Shown piece by piece: positions 1 to 9,444 of a DNA stretch of 64,000 bases. This DNA is from Macrostomum lignano (Eukaryota), in the NCBI GenBank assembly GCA_002269645.1, contig NIVC01000976.1, positions 248,001 to 312,000 of the forward strand, written 5' to 3'. Made by a program: the position numbers and the translations under genes. Position 1 is the first letter of the stretch. Each line of letters opens with the position of its first letter. The notes below the pieces were generated by a model. The model ran no database searches. It was not told the origin of the DNA and was given only the letters and a program-made list of their open reading frames with translations.

Positions 1-1657
1 TGCGGTCCAGTTGGCGGCTATTTAAACCGGAGTTTTTGGCCCGCTCAGACCCAACTTGGTGCCCCCCTGACCTCCTGCTCCGCCTCCTGGGACTTTGGTC
101 TAACATAGACCTCCCGGAGCTCGACCGTCGTCTCTTGATCCCCGGATCGCGACTCCCCCCATCATCATCAAGGACAAATCCCCCCGGTCGTCAGCAGCGA
201 ATATCAAGATTAAGAACATCACCTGCTAGCTATCTGCGAAGATTGTGACATCAGCATCATCCCGGGTCTACAGCTGCGAAGCATCAAGCCGATTTGGTCA
301 CTGTGGATTACCTGGTCTCCGGCTGTTGAGTTTCTGATTGGTTGGGTGAGAGGCTACCTAGACTTGCTTGATTGGGCGATCCCTTATCTGTCCCCTATTT
401 TAGTAGCTGGATTAGGCACACACTTTTGCTCATTTTGTTCAGCAGTGCTGTTATCGAGGCAGAAATCACTTAATAATACTGTTAGTAGTCTGAAACTCCA
501 ATTCAATCTGAGGTGTGAAGTGAATCAGTGAGAAGGTTAAATCTGACAGTTATTTTTATCGGTTTTATTTCTTTGTTCGCCGATGGCTCAGATGAGTAGC
601 TAAGCTAGTAGGCGCCGGTCACAGTGGACCAATGGCAAGGCAGTTCTCAGGCGATCAATCTATCAAATCAGTGAGCAAAATTGCCAATAGTGCAGAATCG
701 GCGCTAGAGATGTACTCTGTGCACTCTAGGCCCGCCAAGCGGCTCGGGTAATGAATCATGCGGTCTTTGAGGTTCGAGTTAGTCTATCATCAGCGCTACG
801 AGCTGAGGCTAGTTGACCCGTTGAAGGCCAAAAGTACAATTCCTCGTATTTAGCGATGTAATAGTACATGTAGCTACCCATAGTCGCGCCACTGCAAGAA
901 TCCCCTGCACAAGTCCCCTCTGTACCTGCATGGCCAATGCGATCTAGTCCCAGCAGTGTCCCTTATCATCGGCTATGACTTCGAGATTGACAGCAAAAAG
1001 ACACTAGTTGGCAGGTAAGTGCAAAGCCCCTTCTAGTCGGAAGCCCGATTTCGAAAGTTCCGGTGTGGTGAGCCAGGATGTACGGGCTAGTGGCAGCGGG
1101 TTAGTCAATCTGCGGATTAACTAATCTCTACCTTCGAAATTCTCCCTGCTTGTCTCTCGCTGTCCCTCTCTTAGCTATAGGACCTAGACTTCTCGCCACA
1201 GATCAAGCTACGATGGGGCTGACCATCTGACAGGAGTGGGGGGCCAGGACTCTAATTGGTTTATTTCTGAGGCCTGAGACCCGAAGGTGAAAATTTGAAA
1301 ATTTGGCCTCAGTAGTAAGTTGAGTAGTTTGAAAGTTAATCAGTAGTTGCAAGTAGGATAGCTAATTATCTATAAGAGCAGTATGTTTAAATAGATGCTG
1401 ATTGTTGTTGTTGTCTACTTTATCGCTCTTAGATGAGCGGTTGTCAGTATTGCACTGTGATAGCTGGTTTTAGATATAAGTGCATTGTGCGTCAATAGAT
1501 TTTAATAGATCGTGTCAATCTAAGGGGGATTTGCTCGTTTTCTGTCCTAGAACTTCCCTCTTGCCTGCTACTCGCAGGTAACAAAATTCCTGTTCTCTTG
1601 CTGTATATGACTATTTGAATAAAACAACCTTGCTTCATGTCTTTTTGCAATGACTGG

Positions 1658-1722
1658 ATTAGTGCTTCCAGCAACAAAGGCAATTAAAACACGAACTTGG
1701 CACAGAAACGAAGCAGGCCTCC
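1658..1722 (-). repeat. Ngaro terminal repeat B2 (65 bp)
   Basis: Identical to 1955-2019 and marks the element's 3' end. Confidence 0.95.
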
Positions 1723-1795
1723 GTCAATAAAAAAGTGTTTCGAACTTCAATCTACGAGTATATTTGGCTTAAAGCAAACTTAACACGAAAAAGAA

Positions 1796-1955
1796 AAAAA
1801 AATTCACTGCGAGAAGGCAAAGTGAGCCGCCAGTAGAGCGCGACGGGGGTTTAAAAACACCCCTGCCACCCAAGGGGGGGGGCAGGCGGCGATGTACAAT
1901 CAACGCGCTGGGCACTAAAGCCGGTTTGTGCACTTTCGCCGCACAAACCAGTCCA
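1796..1955 (-). repeat. Ngaro repeat A2 (160 bp)
   Basis: Identical by eye to 5825-5984 and abuts B1. Confidence 0.95.
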
Positions 1956-2019
1956 TTAGTGCTTCCAGCAACAAAGGCAATTAAAACACGAACTTGGCAC
2001 AGAAACGAAGCAGGCCTCC
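1955..2019 (-). repeat. Ngaro repeat B1 (65 bp)
   Basis: attagtgcttccagc...gcaggcctcc, identical to 1658-1722. Confidence 0.95.
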
Positions 2020-2093
2020 AAAGCCAAACACAACGGGGGATAAGAGCAGCAGCTAGGCATTGAGCAAAAAACAAATCAGCGGGAAGACCACCG

Positions 2094-3140
2094 TCAAAAA
2101 TGAGCACTAAGGGCGGAAGAAAAATGCAGAGAGGCCGCAGCAGTGGCAACACCCGAGCGGGGCAAGTAGCGCTCCACCGCCGAACTCTTCCAGTCGCCGA
2201 TCCGCTGGATCTCCGCCACCGGCAGGCCCATGCGAGCTGCCCAGGTGGCTCCACCTCGACGCAGGCTGTGAGCCGAGTAGAGCTTGCCGCCACACCCAGC
2301 CCTCTGCAGCTTAGAGTCAAGAAACCGGTCCAAGTCCCGAGCAGCTAGATGGCGCCGCTGTCCATTGCGATCGATGAAGGACCAGAGTGGCGCCTCGGCC
2401 ATCGCCAGCTTGTTGACACACAGATGTCGGCGAATCGCCACTACCGGGCAGAGCGCGGGGCAGGCGGGGAACTTCGGAAGCAGGACGTGGTGGACTCGAT
2501 CACGGAACTGAATAGTCTTGCCAAAGTCCACGCTTAAGAGGAGGCCGCAACGGTGAGGTGTCAGATTCTGCACCTTCATCCCACTACCCAACTGAGGCGA
2601 CGATAGAAGGAGTGATGATTTTCGCAGCATTCCCCACCAGGCAGTGATGGTGACCGCCCAGCAGGCCAGTTGCCGATTGTCGCCCTTGTCAACCAGAGAC
2701 CAAAGCTTTTGCAGCACCGACGGAGACATTGGTAGCTTCTGGTTGACCTGAAGCCCCAGCGCTCGCTTGCAGCCCCGCAGCAGATGCTGGGTGAGGGTAT
2801 GCTTTGTCAGGTCCTGAGCGCCGTTCAGCCGAAACCACAGTGAAAGCGAGCTGACGTGACCGCGAATGCTACTGTAGGCTCGCAGGCGCGTGCCCGTGAG
2901 GCCAGCCAGGTAGTTTAGCAGCGTGGACACAGTACACCCGGCGGGGTCGAGTCCCTTGGCTGAGCAGTACGCGCGCCAGGACCGCACGTGTGAGCTGATG
3001 GCGCTTTTCGAGCGGGCCGCGTAGGAGGAACCGAGTAGTTCACGGGCTCGGTGGCTGAGGTGGTCTGGCGCAGTCTGGCGACCTGAAAACGGAGAAAAGC
3101 GGATGTGGCAGCAGAAAGCGTGTGCCGGGAAAGCGAGCAA
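2094..3140 (-). CDS. Ngaro ORF3 tyrosine recombinase, overlapping the 3' end of ORF2
   Basis: Catalytic set present: MLRKSS (R), HSLRRGGA (HxxR), GDWKS (W), ERYL (Y). The N-terminal YAARSKSAISSHVRSWRAYC region resembles the core-binding region of DIRS YRs. No clear ATG (track start is TTG). Confidence 0.93.
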   Translation of the reverse strand: MLAFPAHAFCCHIRFSPFSGRQTAPDHLSHRARELLGSSYAARSKSAISSHVRSWRAYCSAKGLDPAGCTVSTLLNYLAGLTGTRLRAYSSIRGHVSSLSLWFRLNGAQDLTKHTLTQHLLRGCKRALGLQVNQKLPMSPSVLQKLWSLVDKGDNRQLACWAVTITAWWGMLRKSSLLLSSPQLGSGMKVQNLTPHRCGLLLSVDFGKTIQFRDRVHHVLLPKFPACPALCPVVAIRRHLCVNKLAMAEAPLWSFIDRNGQRRHLAARDLDRFLDSKLQRAGCGGKLYSAHSLRRGGATWAARMGLPVAEIQRIGDWKSSAVERYLPRSGVATAAASLHFSSALSAHF

Positions 3141-4734
3141 TTGGTGAGACGCATCAATGAGCCATAAAAGCGCAGCAAAAAATTCAACAACTGACTGCCC
3201 TCGTGCAGCCGAGACGCGGCGTCAGCAAAAATTTGAAACGGCCCTGGCACATGGTAAGCACGCAGCTGAATGTTCTGACGAATGCAAAGCAGCGCCACCG
3301 TCTGCAACAGCCTCAACACCAGAGGGCACTTGGAGATCCCATTGTTGATAATACAGCACGCTGCCATATTATCGCAGTAGATGCACAGCCGACAGTTGTG
3401 CAGGCGGTCCCGCCACGACAGCAACGCCATCAGAGGTATCGCAGCCTCCTTGTAATTGATAGGCAGATCCCGAAAAACAGCATCCGCGTCGAGATCCCAA
3501 TTAACGTAGCGCCAGTCACTCACGCCCCCGGCAACCGCAGCACGGCAGCGCCGCCCACCAGGCAGGCGTCCGACTCGATCGCGGCATCGAAGTCGCCATT
3601 GAACCAGAGAGTCTTCCACCTTTGAGCTAGCAGAGCACACTTCCACCAGCGCAGCTGACTACGCAGGGCCGCATCCACCTCATCTTGCTGACCGACGGCC
3701 AAATTGTTAGAGCGCGAAATCAGGTCCTGAAGAAAGGGGCGACCGCATTCGATCACCTGCGAAGCCCACACCAGCCTGCCGATGATCTGCTGTAAACTTT
3801 GCTTGCTGATGCGATCCTTGGCAGCAGCATCGTCCAGTTGCTCTAAAAGTTTCTCCACTTTCTCGTCTGAAAGCCGCTTCAGGCCCTTGACGGTGTCGAG
3901 CTCCACACCGAGAAACGTCATCCTTTGCGAAGGCCGCTGACACTTCGTCCAATTCACGGTGAAGCCCAGTCTGGTCATCAGCGACGTCAACACATTAAAG
4001 AAGGCCTCGCACTCGTTTTGCAAACCGCAAAAGGCAAAATCGTCCAGATAGGCCTCAGTATTGACGAAGCCGCGGTGCACCATCATCAACTTGACCGCCT
4101 CGCTGAGATGATAGAAAGCCGTGACGGAAGCAGCAGCACCAAATGGCAGGCGCGTGTCCACCATGTAGGTGTCGCAAGCATCGCTACCTAGCCGAAACTT
4201 CAAACCGGTAAACTTTTGGTCGTCAGGATGGATCCCACATGAACGATAGGCTTCGCTTAGATCGACCTTGCACATAAAGTAATTCTTCTTAAGCCTCTTA
4301 GCAAAGTTCTGGACACAGGTGAAACGCAGTCTCTGCTCGCTCTCGTAAGCGGAGTTGACAGACTTCCCTTGCGGCCGGCTGCAGTCATGGATTAAGCGAA
4401 CGCCACCGTTGGACTTCGGCAGCGCACCAAGGGCGCTGACTATGCGAGGTTTGTCACCAGCAGCACAGAGACGATAACGACCGAGACGAAGCTCATTAGC
4501 AATCTGACGCGCAACTCTGTCATGGTGCTTAAAAACCGATGAGTAGTTTGCCACTTCAACCAGCTCGTTGCCATGCATCTGACGATTGGTGATGCGAAAG
4601 CCACTAGCAACGCCATCAAGGATAAAAGCCATCCGACCGGGCGGGAGATCCAGCTTGGACAACTCCGCCTGCCACTGGGCCAGATTGAGATCAGAGGATA
4701 AAACAGGAGGAATAAAATTCGCGCTATGATCGAG
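2915..4734 (-). CDS. Ngaro ORF2 reverse transcriptase + RNase H (one frameshift at about 3525-3529)
   Basis: RT motifs RLIHDCS, KVDLSEAYRS, LPFGAAAS and AYLDDF. DIRS-type RNase H motifs ESDA, INYKE, YCDN and HVPG..ADAASRL are split between ORFs 3520-4662 and 2915-3646. Confidence 0.9.
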
Positions 4735-5795
4735 TCAGTGTTGCGGTTTCTCCTCACCGCTCGATTCGTCGCGGTGGAAGGCTGCCTCAGAGTGCGCCAG
4801 GCCGCATCTTCGGCAGCGATGCAGGAACCGACAGCTCTTGCGTTCGCACCCGCGTATCCTGTTGTAGTCGAAGCAAACCAGTTGATTGCGCTTCTGGGCA
4901 CCACCCCCGATTGCTGCTTCTGGGGAGCCATGAGGTACGCCGCAACCAGACTCAGGTCCGAGCTGTGCGACTCCCACTTGCCATCAGACGTTTGGCTGAG
5001 CCGGCACTCGTCATCAAATCTCATCACACGGCTCTTGTCGAAGCCCAGGTCCAACAACTCGCCAATGCGTGCGGTGTACCTGAGATAGTCTCTGAGCTCT
5101 GCCACATCCAATCGACCATGCTGATCCAGTCTGACTAGACGCCCGTCAGTCAGCATCTGAAGCATCGCCTGCGCATTGCCCGTCACCCAATCGCCTAACG
5201 ACAGCGCCTCGACCGCCACTTCTTTAGACTTACTCTGGCCTAGAAGACACTGCTTGCGCTTGCTGACGAAGTCAACGATTCGGTAGACGCTACTGGTACT
5301 TCTCCCTGAGGCTCCCATGTTCTCATGCTGCTGCCCAACTTCATGCTGCACACATCCAGTTAGGCAATTTAGCAACTCACCCGGTACATCACGTGCCTCA
5401 GAACGGCCGACCCGTAGCTGCGCGAACTCGGATTCCAGCCGCGCTTCTTCTTTGCGCAGCTTCAGCAGACGGATTCGCTTCTCCGCCTCCAGCAGCTGTT
5501 CGTCCAGGCCGCCAGCCGCGCCAGACCCACCGTTCTCGACCTGTCGCCGATTTGGGGGGCTGCCCCCGCTGCTCGCTACCGCCGAGTTCTGCCCTGTAGC
5601 TCGCAGAATGGCCTGAACGTTCGTCAGCTCGTCACTCTCGACAGAGGTCTCCACGTCTTGAATATGGGCGCGAAGCCTTTGGACTAGTTTTGCTTTGTTG
5701 CCAGAGGTTGGCAAACCAAGCTCCTTTAGTTTCCCTCGCAGTGCTGGCACAGTTGTGGGGACGGAATCGGCTGACTGGCTACGGGTGCGGTTCAT
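4735..5795 (-). CDS. Ngaro ORF1 Gag-like protein with N-terminal SAP-like motif and C-terminal Cys/His zinc finger (one frameshift at about 4904-4908)
   Basis: ATG at 5795. TVPALRGKLKELGLPTSGNKAKLVQRL is SAP-like. The zinc finger CFDYNRIRGCERKSCRFLHRCRRCGLAH lies in the frame of ORF 4735-4977 and joins ORF1 if one G is added to the G5 run. Confidence 0.75.
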
Positions 5796-5824
5796 GACTC
5801 AGCAAAAGTTTCTATTTCTAAGTC

Positions 5825-5984
5825 AAAAAAATTCACTGCGAGAAGGCAAAGTGAGCCGCCAGTAGAGCGCGACGGGGGTTTAAAAACACCCCTGCCACCC
5901 AAGGGGGGGGGCAGGCGGCGATGTACAATCAACGCGCTGGGCACTAAAGCCGGTTTGTGCACTTTCGCCGCACAAACCAGTCCA
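5825..5984 (-). repeat. Ngaro terminal repeat A1 (160 bp)
   Basis: Identical by eye to 1796-1955 (offset 4029 bp). Confidence 0.95.
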
Positions 5985-6059
5985 ATCTAATTAGGTTCAA
6001 TAGTACGTCAAAAGCCGATCTAATTAAAACTATTCTCCGTTCTTTTGTTGTTTATCCAG

Positions 6060-8895
6060 GGTAAACTGGATGTTTTGGAGGTTCTAATCGGATCTGGAGC
6101 AGATTTGACTATCGTCGATCAAGACGGCAACTCGCCGCTGCACGCCGCGGCCATGATGGGCCACCGGCGCGCCGTCCAACGACTCCTGCTCGAAGGCTGC
6201 GACCCAGAGCTGAGGAACACCGCCGGACTGCGACCAGTAGATGTTGCAAGCTGCTTTGGTCAACACAGAGTTGCAGCCGATCTGCTGCTGTCCCTGAAGC
6301 ACAAACGATTTTTTACAATAACCGGAATGAATGAGCCTCGAAGCCAGAATGCAGCTCAAATGTGAGTCTTAAAAAGTTTTTCAGAAATATACAACACCCA
6401 TAGTTAGGATTCACCCGCCCAAAACTCGCACCTTAGTTTCCGGGCTTACTTCTTCGGCGTGGGCTCATTAAATTTTAGTTCACGCACGCACGCACGCACT
6501 CACGAGCAAGTGAGTCAATTTGTCTGACAGGACGCTGCGGTCACGACTGAACCCAAGGAAAAGACAGACTGATTCTATAGACTTGATTTCAGATTGCACA
6601 GACCAGTGTAAACAGTGCAAACATTGTCAGAGCTGAGAATGTGGGACAAATGAAACGAAGTTGGAATTCCCAATCCAAAGAGTTCATTTTATAAACCCTC
6701 AGCGATAGGAAAACTGATTAAGAATAAAAACGGCTCACCCTTGAGGGGCAGAGGTTAAAATGCACAGAGCCGCATGCGCGAAAGAGCAGGTGACAAAATT
6801 AGATGAAATATGATAGCAAACACAAGCACGAAGGTACAACCCAACTTGACGCGCAAAACTCACGCAACTATGGCTGACAGGGATGTTATTGGCTGCAAAT
6901 TGCTCATTTTGCCTTCAGAACTGAAACTGAGACATTAGTCACCGACCGAGAGCTCTACTCGGCTCTCATCACGTCCGGCTTCATTGCCTCTCGAGCCGCG
7001 GTGCAGAGCGGTCTGGCCGACGCGATGCAGACCATCATGAGGAAGCGGTGGCATCGGAGCATTTTCCTAGTTGGCAGCTACTCAGAGGGCTGGGGCAACA
7101 ACCTCACCTGCTTGAACGGTCAGACTGGGCCAAAGTCGGACATTGACGTGACTGAAATAGTGCCCGACCGAGAGGTCTTCCATCTGCGCGGAGTCTGTCA
7201 GTGCGACCGCGTGACCGGACCAGCTTTCAGATTGGTTGACTACGTCAACGGGCACGCCGTCTATCATGGCGTTGGTAAAGCTTCCAGCTCTGCGCTAACA
7301 AGCGAAAGATAGGCTATTCACAACAAATTATAAGTTTGGCAAAGTTTATGTATACTTTTCAACTAATTATATTGTTACCTGTCATTGCAGCGTCAAGTCC
7401 TGCCCAGTCGCGCATCGGGTCGGAGGCGAGGCCCACTAGGGACTGGGTTTACGCCTACGCCTGCTGCCGCTATCCCGCAATACTGGTGCTGCAAAACGAC
7501 CGACACACTTTTATTCGAGTCACTGTACTCAACCTACTACGGCAGGTTGTTAACTGTCCGGACACGCCTTGCCACCTGGTGGCAGCTGCGCCTCCGGACA
7601 GGTCCGGACAGCAACTGCGCATTAGCACAACCTTTCTCGAGAAGCAGCTGTTGCGTACCTTGACTACGGAGCAGGGACAGGTGTTCGTGCTGCTTAAATA
7701 TCTAATAAAGGATGCTATTTCCGCGAGGGCGGTAGGCCTAAAAACGTACCACGCAAAAACTCTGCTTTTCCAATTGCTGGATAAAGAACCAGAAGAGTTC
7801 TGGAAGCCCCGCAACCTGATTGGCCTAGTACAGAAGGGACTAAGGATCTTGCACGACTGCCTGATTGATGGCACTGATCCCAATCAGTGCATGTGGCACT
7901 TCTTTATACCTGGCGCAAAACTATACTTGCACAAGTGCCACGCTGGCAAGCAGACAATAGCACGGATAGTCCGCTGGTCGCTTTGCAACCTCTCCAAACT
8001 GTTGTCCAACTTTATTAAGAAGCTCCGACCCTGCGGACGATTCTCCTTCTTTCCATTTCTGATCATGCCTCACCTGGACACCGTACCGTTTCCGAAGGCT
8101 GGAAAGTTAAAATACATTCACATATTCGACGCAGTTCACAATCTAGTCATTCGACTAGCAAAAGAGAAGCCTTCAGAAAAACTTTTTAGTGAACTCGAGA
8201 CAGAGACAGCAAGACTGCCAAACTGCGCTGCCACGGCCAGGCTCGTCCTGGCCGCTTTGGTTCGGCTGAAGTTCGGTCTGGTCGAGTCTGCGAGACAAAC
8301 TCTGTTGAGCGAGGCAGCTTTAAGACTGCAGCCAAGCAGATCGCTGCCGGCTTCACTTCCAGCAGGTGGGGAGTCGCCGGAGGCTTTTGTGTGGACACAC
8401 CTGACTGATAGCAACTCCACCTGGCGATTCTGTTTCCGAATGGCCGACCGGCCTGACTTGGTCTTCCTGCCGATATGCATTCGGCGCCATTTTCCCTGTA
8501 GCATCGTGTAGGACCAGTGGCACTACTGGAACTTTGACGCGCTGCTGACGTGCCTTCGGCTGGCACTGACGGATCCTGTGGACCAGCCGGAGCCAGGGCA
8601 CTTCGCCGACGCGCTGCTCAAACGCGAAGACGTCGACGAGCAGGATCTGCTGGTTGCGCTGCAGTTCTGCACCGACAAGGAGCTCGTCGTGCGACTCATT
8701 CGGCGACACCGGCGACTCATCTGCCGACAGGACGAGACTAGGTGGATGGTGGAGGAGCGCATGCTTGCGGATGTAAGACCCGCTGAAGTTTACATTTTAA
8801 TCCAAAACCCGTTGAGTAGGATGAGATCGCTTCAATTTCTTTCAACGCCCATTTTCGCCTCGAAATTCACCAGTGAGACTTCTTCGCGAAACTGA
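6060..8895 (+). CDS. Ankyrin-repeat + Mab-21/cGAS-like nucleotidyltransferase (cGLR-like), 5'-partial; exons 6060-6361, 6919-7274, 7391-8895; in-frame TAG at 8509-8511
   Basis: The ankyrin exon (DGNSPLHAAAMMGH) splices in frame (phase 2, gtgagt...ttcag) to the NTase exon VGSYSEG...SDIDV. That splices in frame (phase 1, gtaaag...ttgcag) to an exon with DWVYA, LRISTTFLEKQL, LKTYHAKTLLF and HFFIP, which are Mab-21 motifs. Confidence 0.8.
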
Positions 8896-9179
8896 TCTGC
8901 ATCTTATATATTCTTTCGCCCAGACGCAATAAGCAATGGTGGAATGTTTACGTGCGCTCGTATTTCGGCCATTATTCGACTCAGTTGCACACTAAACAAG
9001 AGCATTGCACATGCATTTCTCATCACAGATGTCCTCATTCCACACTTATTTTAGGCGAATGCAAGGATAATGTGGGGTGGATAGATAATAAAGGTGGGAA
9101 AGTGATGTATTTTATAATGTGTGCAGTATTACGAATTGACCTGCATTTTTAAATAGCAATGCATTGGCTACGCAACAAA

Positions 9180-9444
9180 GGGCCTTTTCATATTACCAAT
9201 TCCAGAACCAGAATCGGTTCGGAATTCCAAGAAAAACAGCAGTATAACTATTAAACTCTGTTAATATTTGACTGCCTTAACAACCTAGCTCGTAACTTAA
9301 GCACCATTTTTCACTTTCTTAGCGATTTTCATTCAATAATAAAAACTTTATAGCACGTATCTCCCTCTAGTTATGGAGACAAAAAGTTATACTTCACAAA
9401 TTGGTTCTGGTTCTGGAACCAGAGCAAGCAATATGAAAAGGCCC
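9180..9444. mobile_element. MITE, PIF/Harbinger-like
   Basis: Perfect 15-bp TIR gggccttttcatatt / aatatgaaaaggccc, plus a subterminal ttccagaaccagaa / ttctggttctggaa match. AAA flanks both ends as a 3-bp TSD candidate. Confidence 0.7.

Larger units (their letters stand above)
1658..5984 (-). mobile_element. Ngaro-type (DIRS order) tyrosine-recombinase retrotransposon with split direct repeats A1-[gag, RT/RNaseH, YR]-B1-A2-spacer-B2
   Basis: A 160-bp repeat occurs at 5825-5984 and 1796-1955, and a 65-bp repeat at 1955-2019 and 1658-1722. This order is the split-direct-repeat layout of Ngaro/PAT elements. The repeats enclose Gag-, RT-, RNase H- and YR-like ORFs. No target-site duplication is evident. 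Confidence 0.93.

Noticed and set aside
1-1657. Non-coding tract with a TATA-like tatttaaa (19-26) and an AATAAA near 1618; possible LTR or leader of another retroelement
   Set aside because: No second copy, no TG...CA boundaries, no primer-binding site and no coding domain are visible in the window, so it cannot be classified.
4440-4900. C-terminal part of track ORF 4440-5795
   Set aside because: It is out-of-frame read-through past the G5 frameshift. The recognisable zinc finger and RT lie in another frame.
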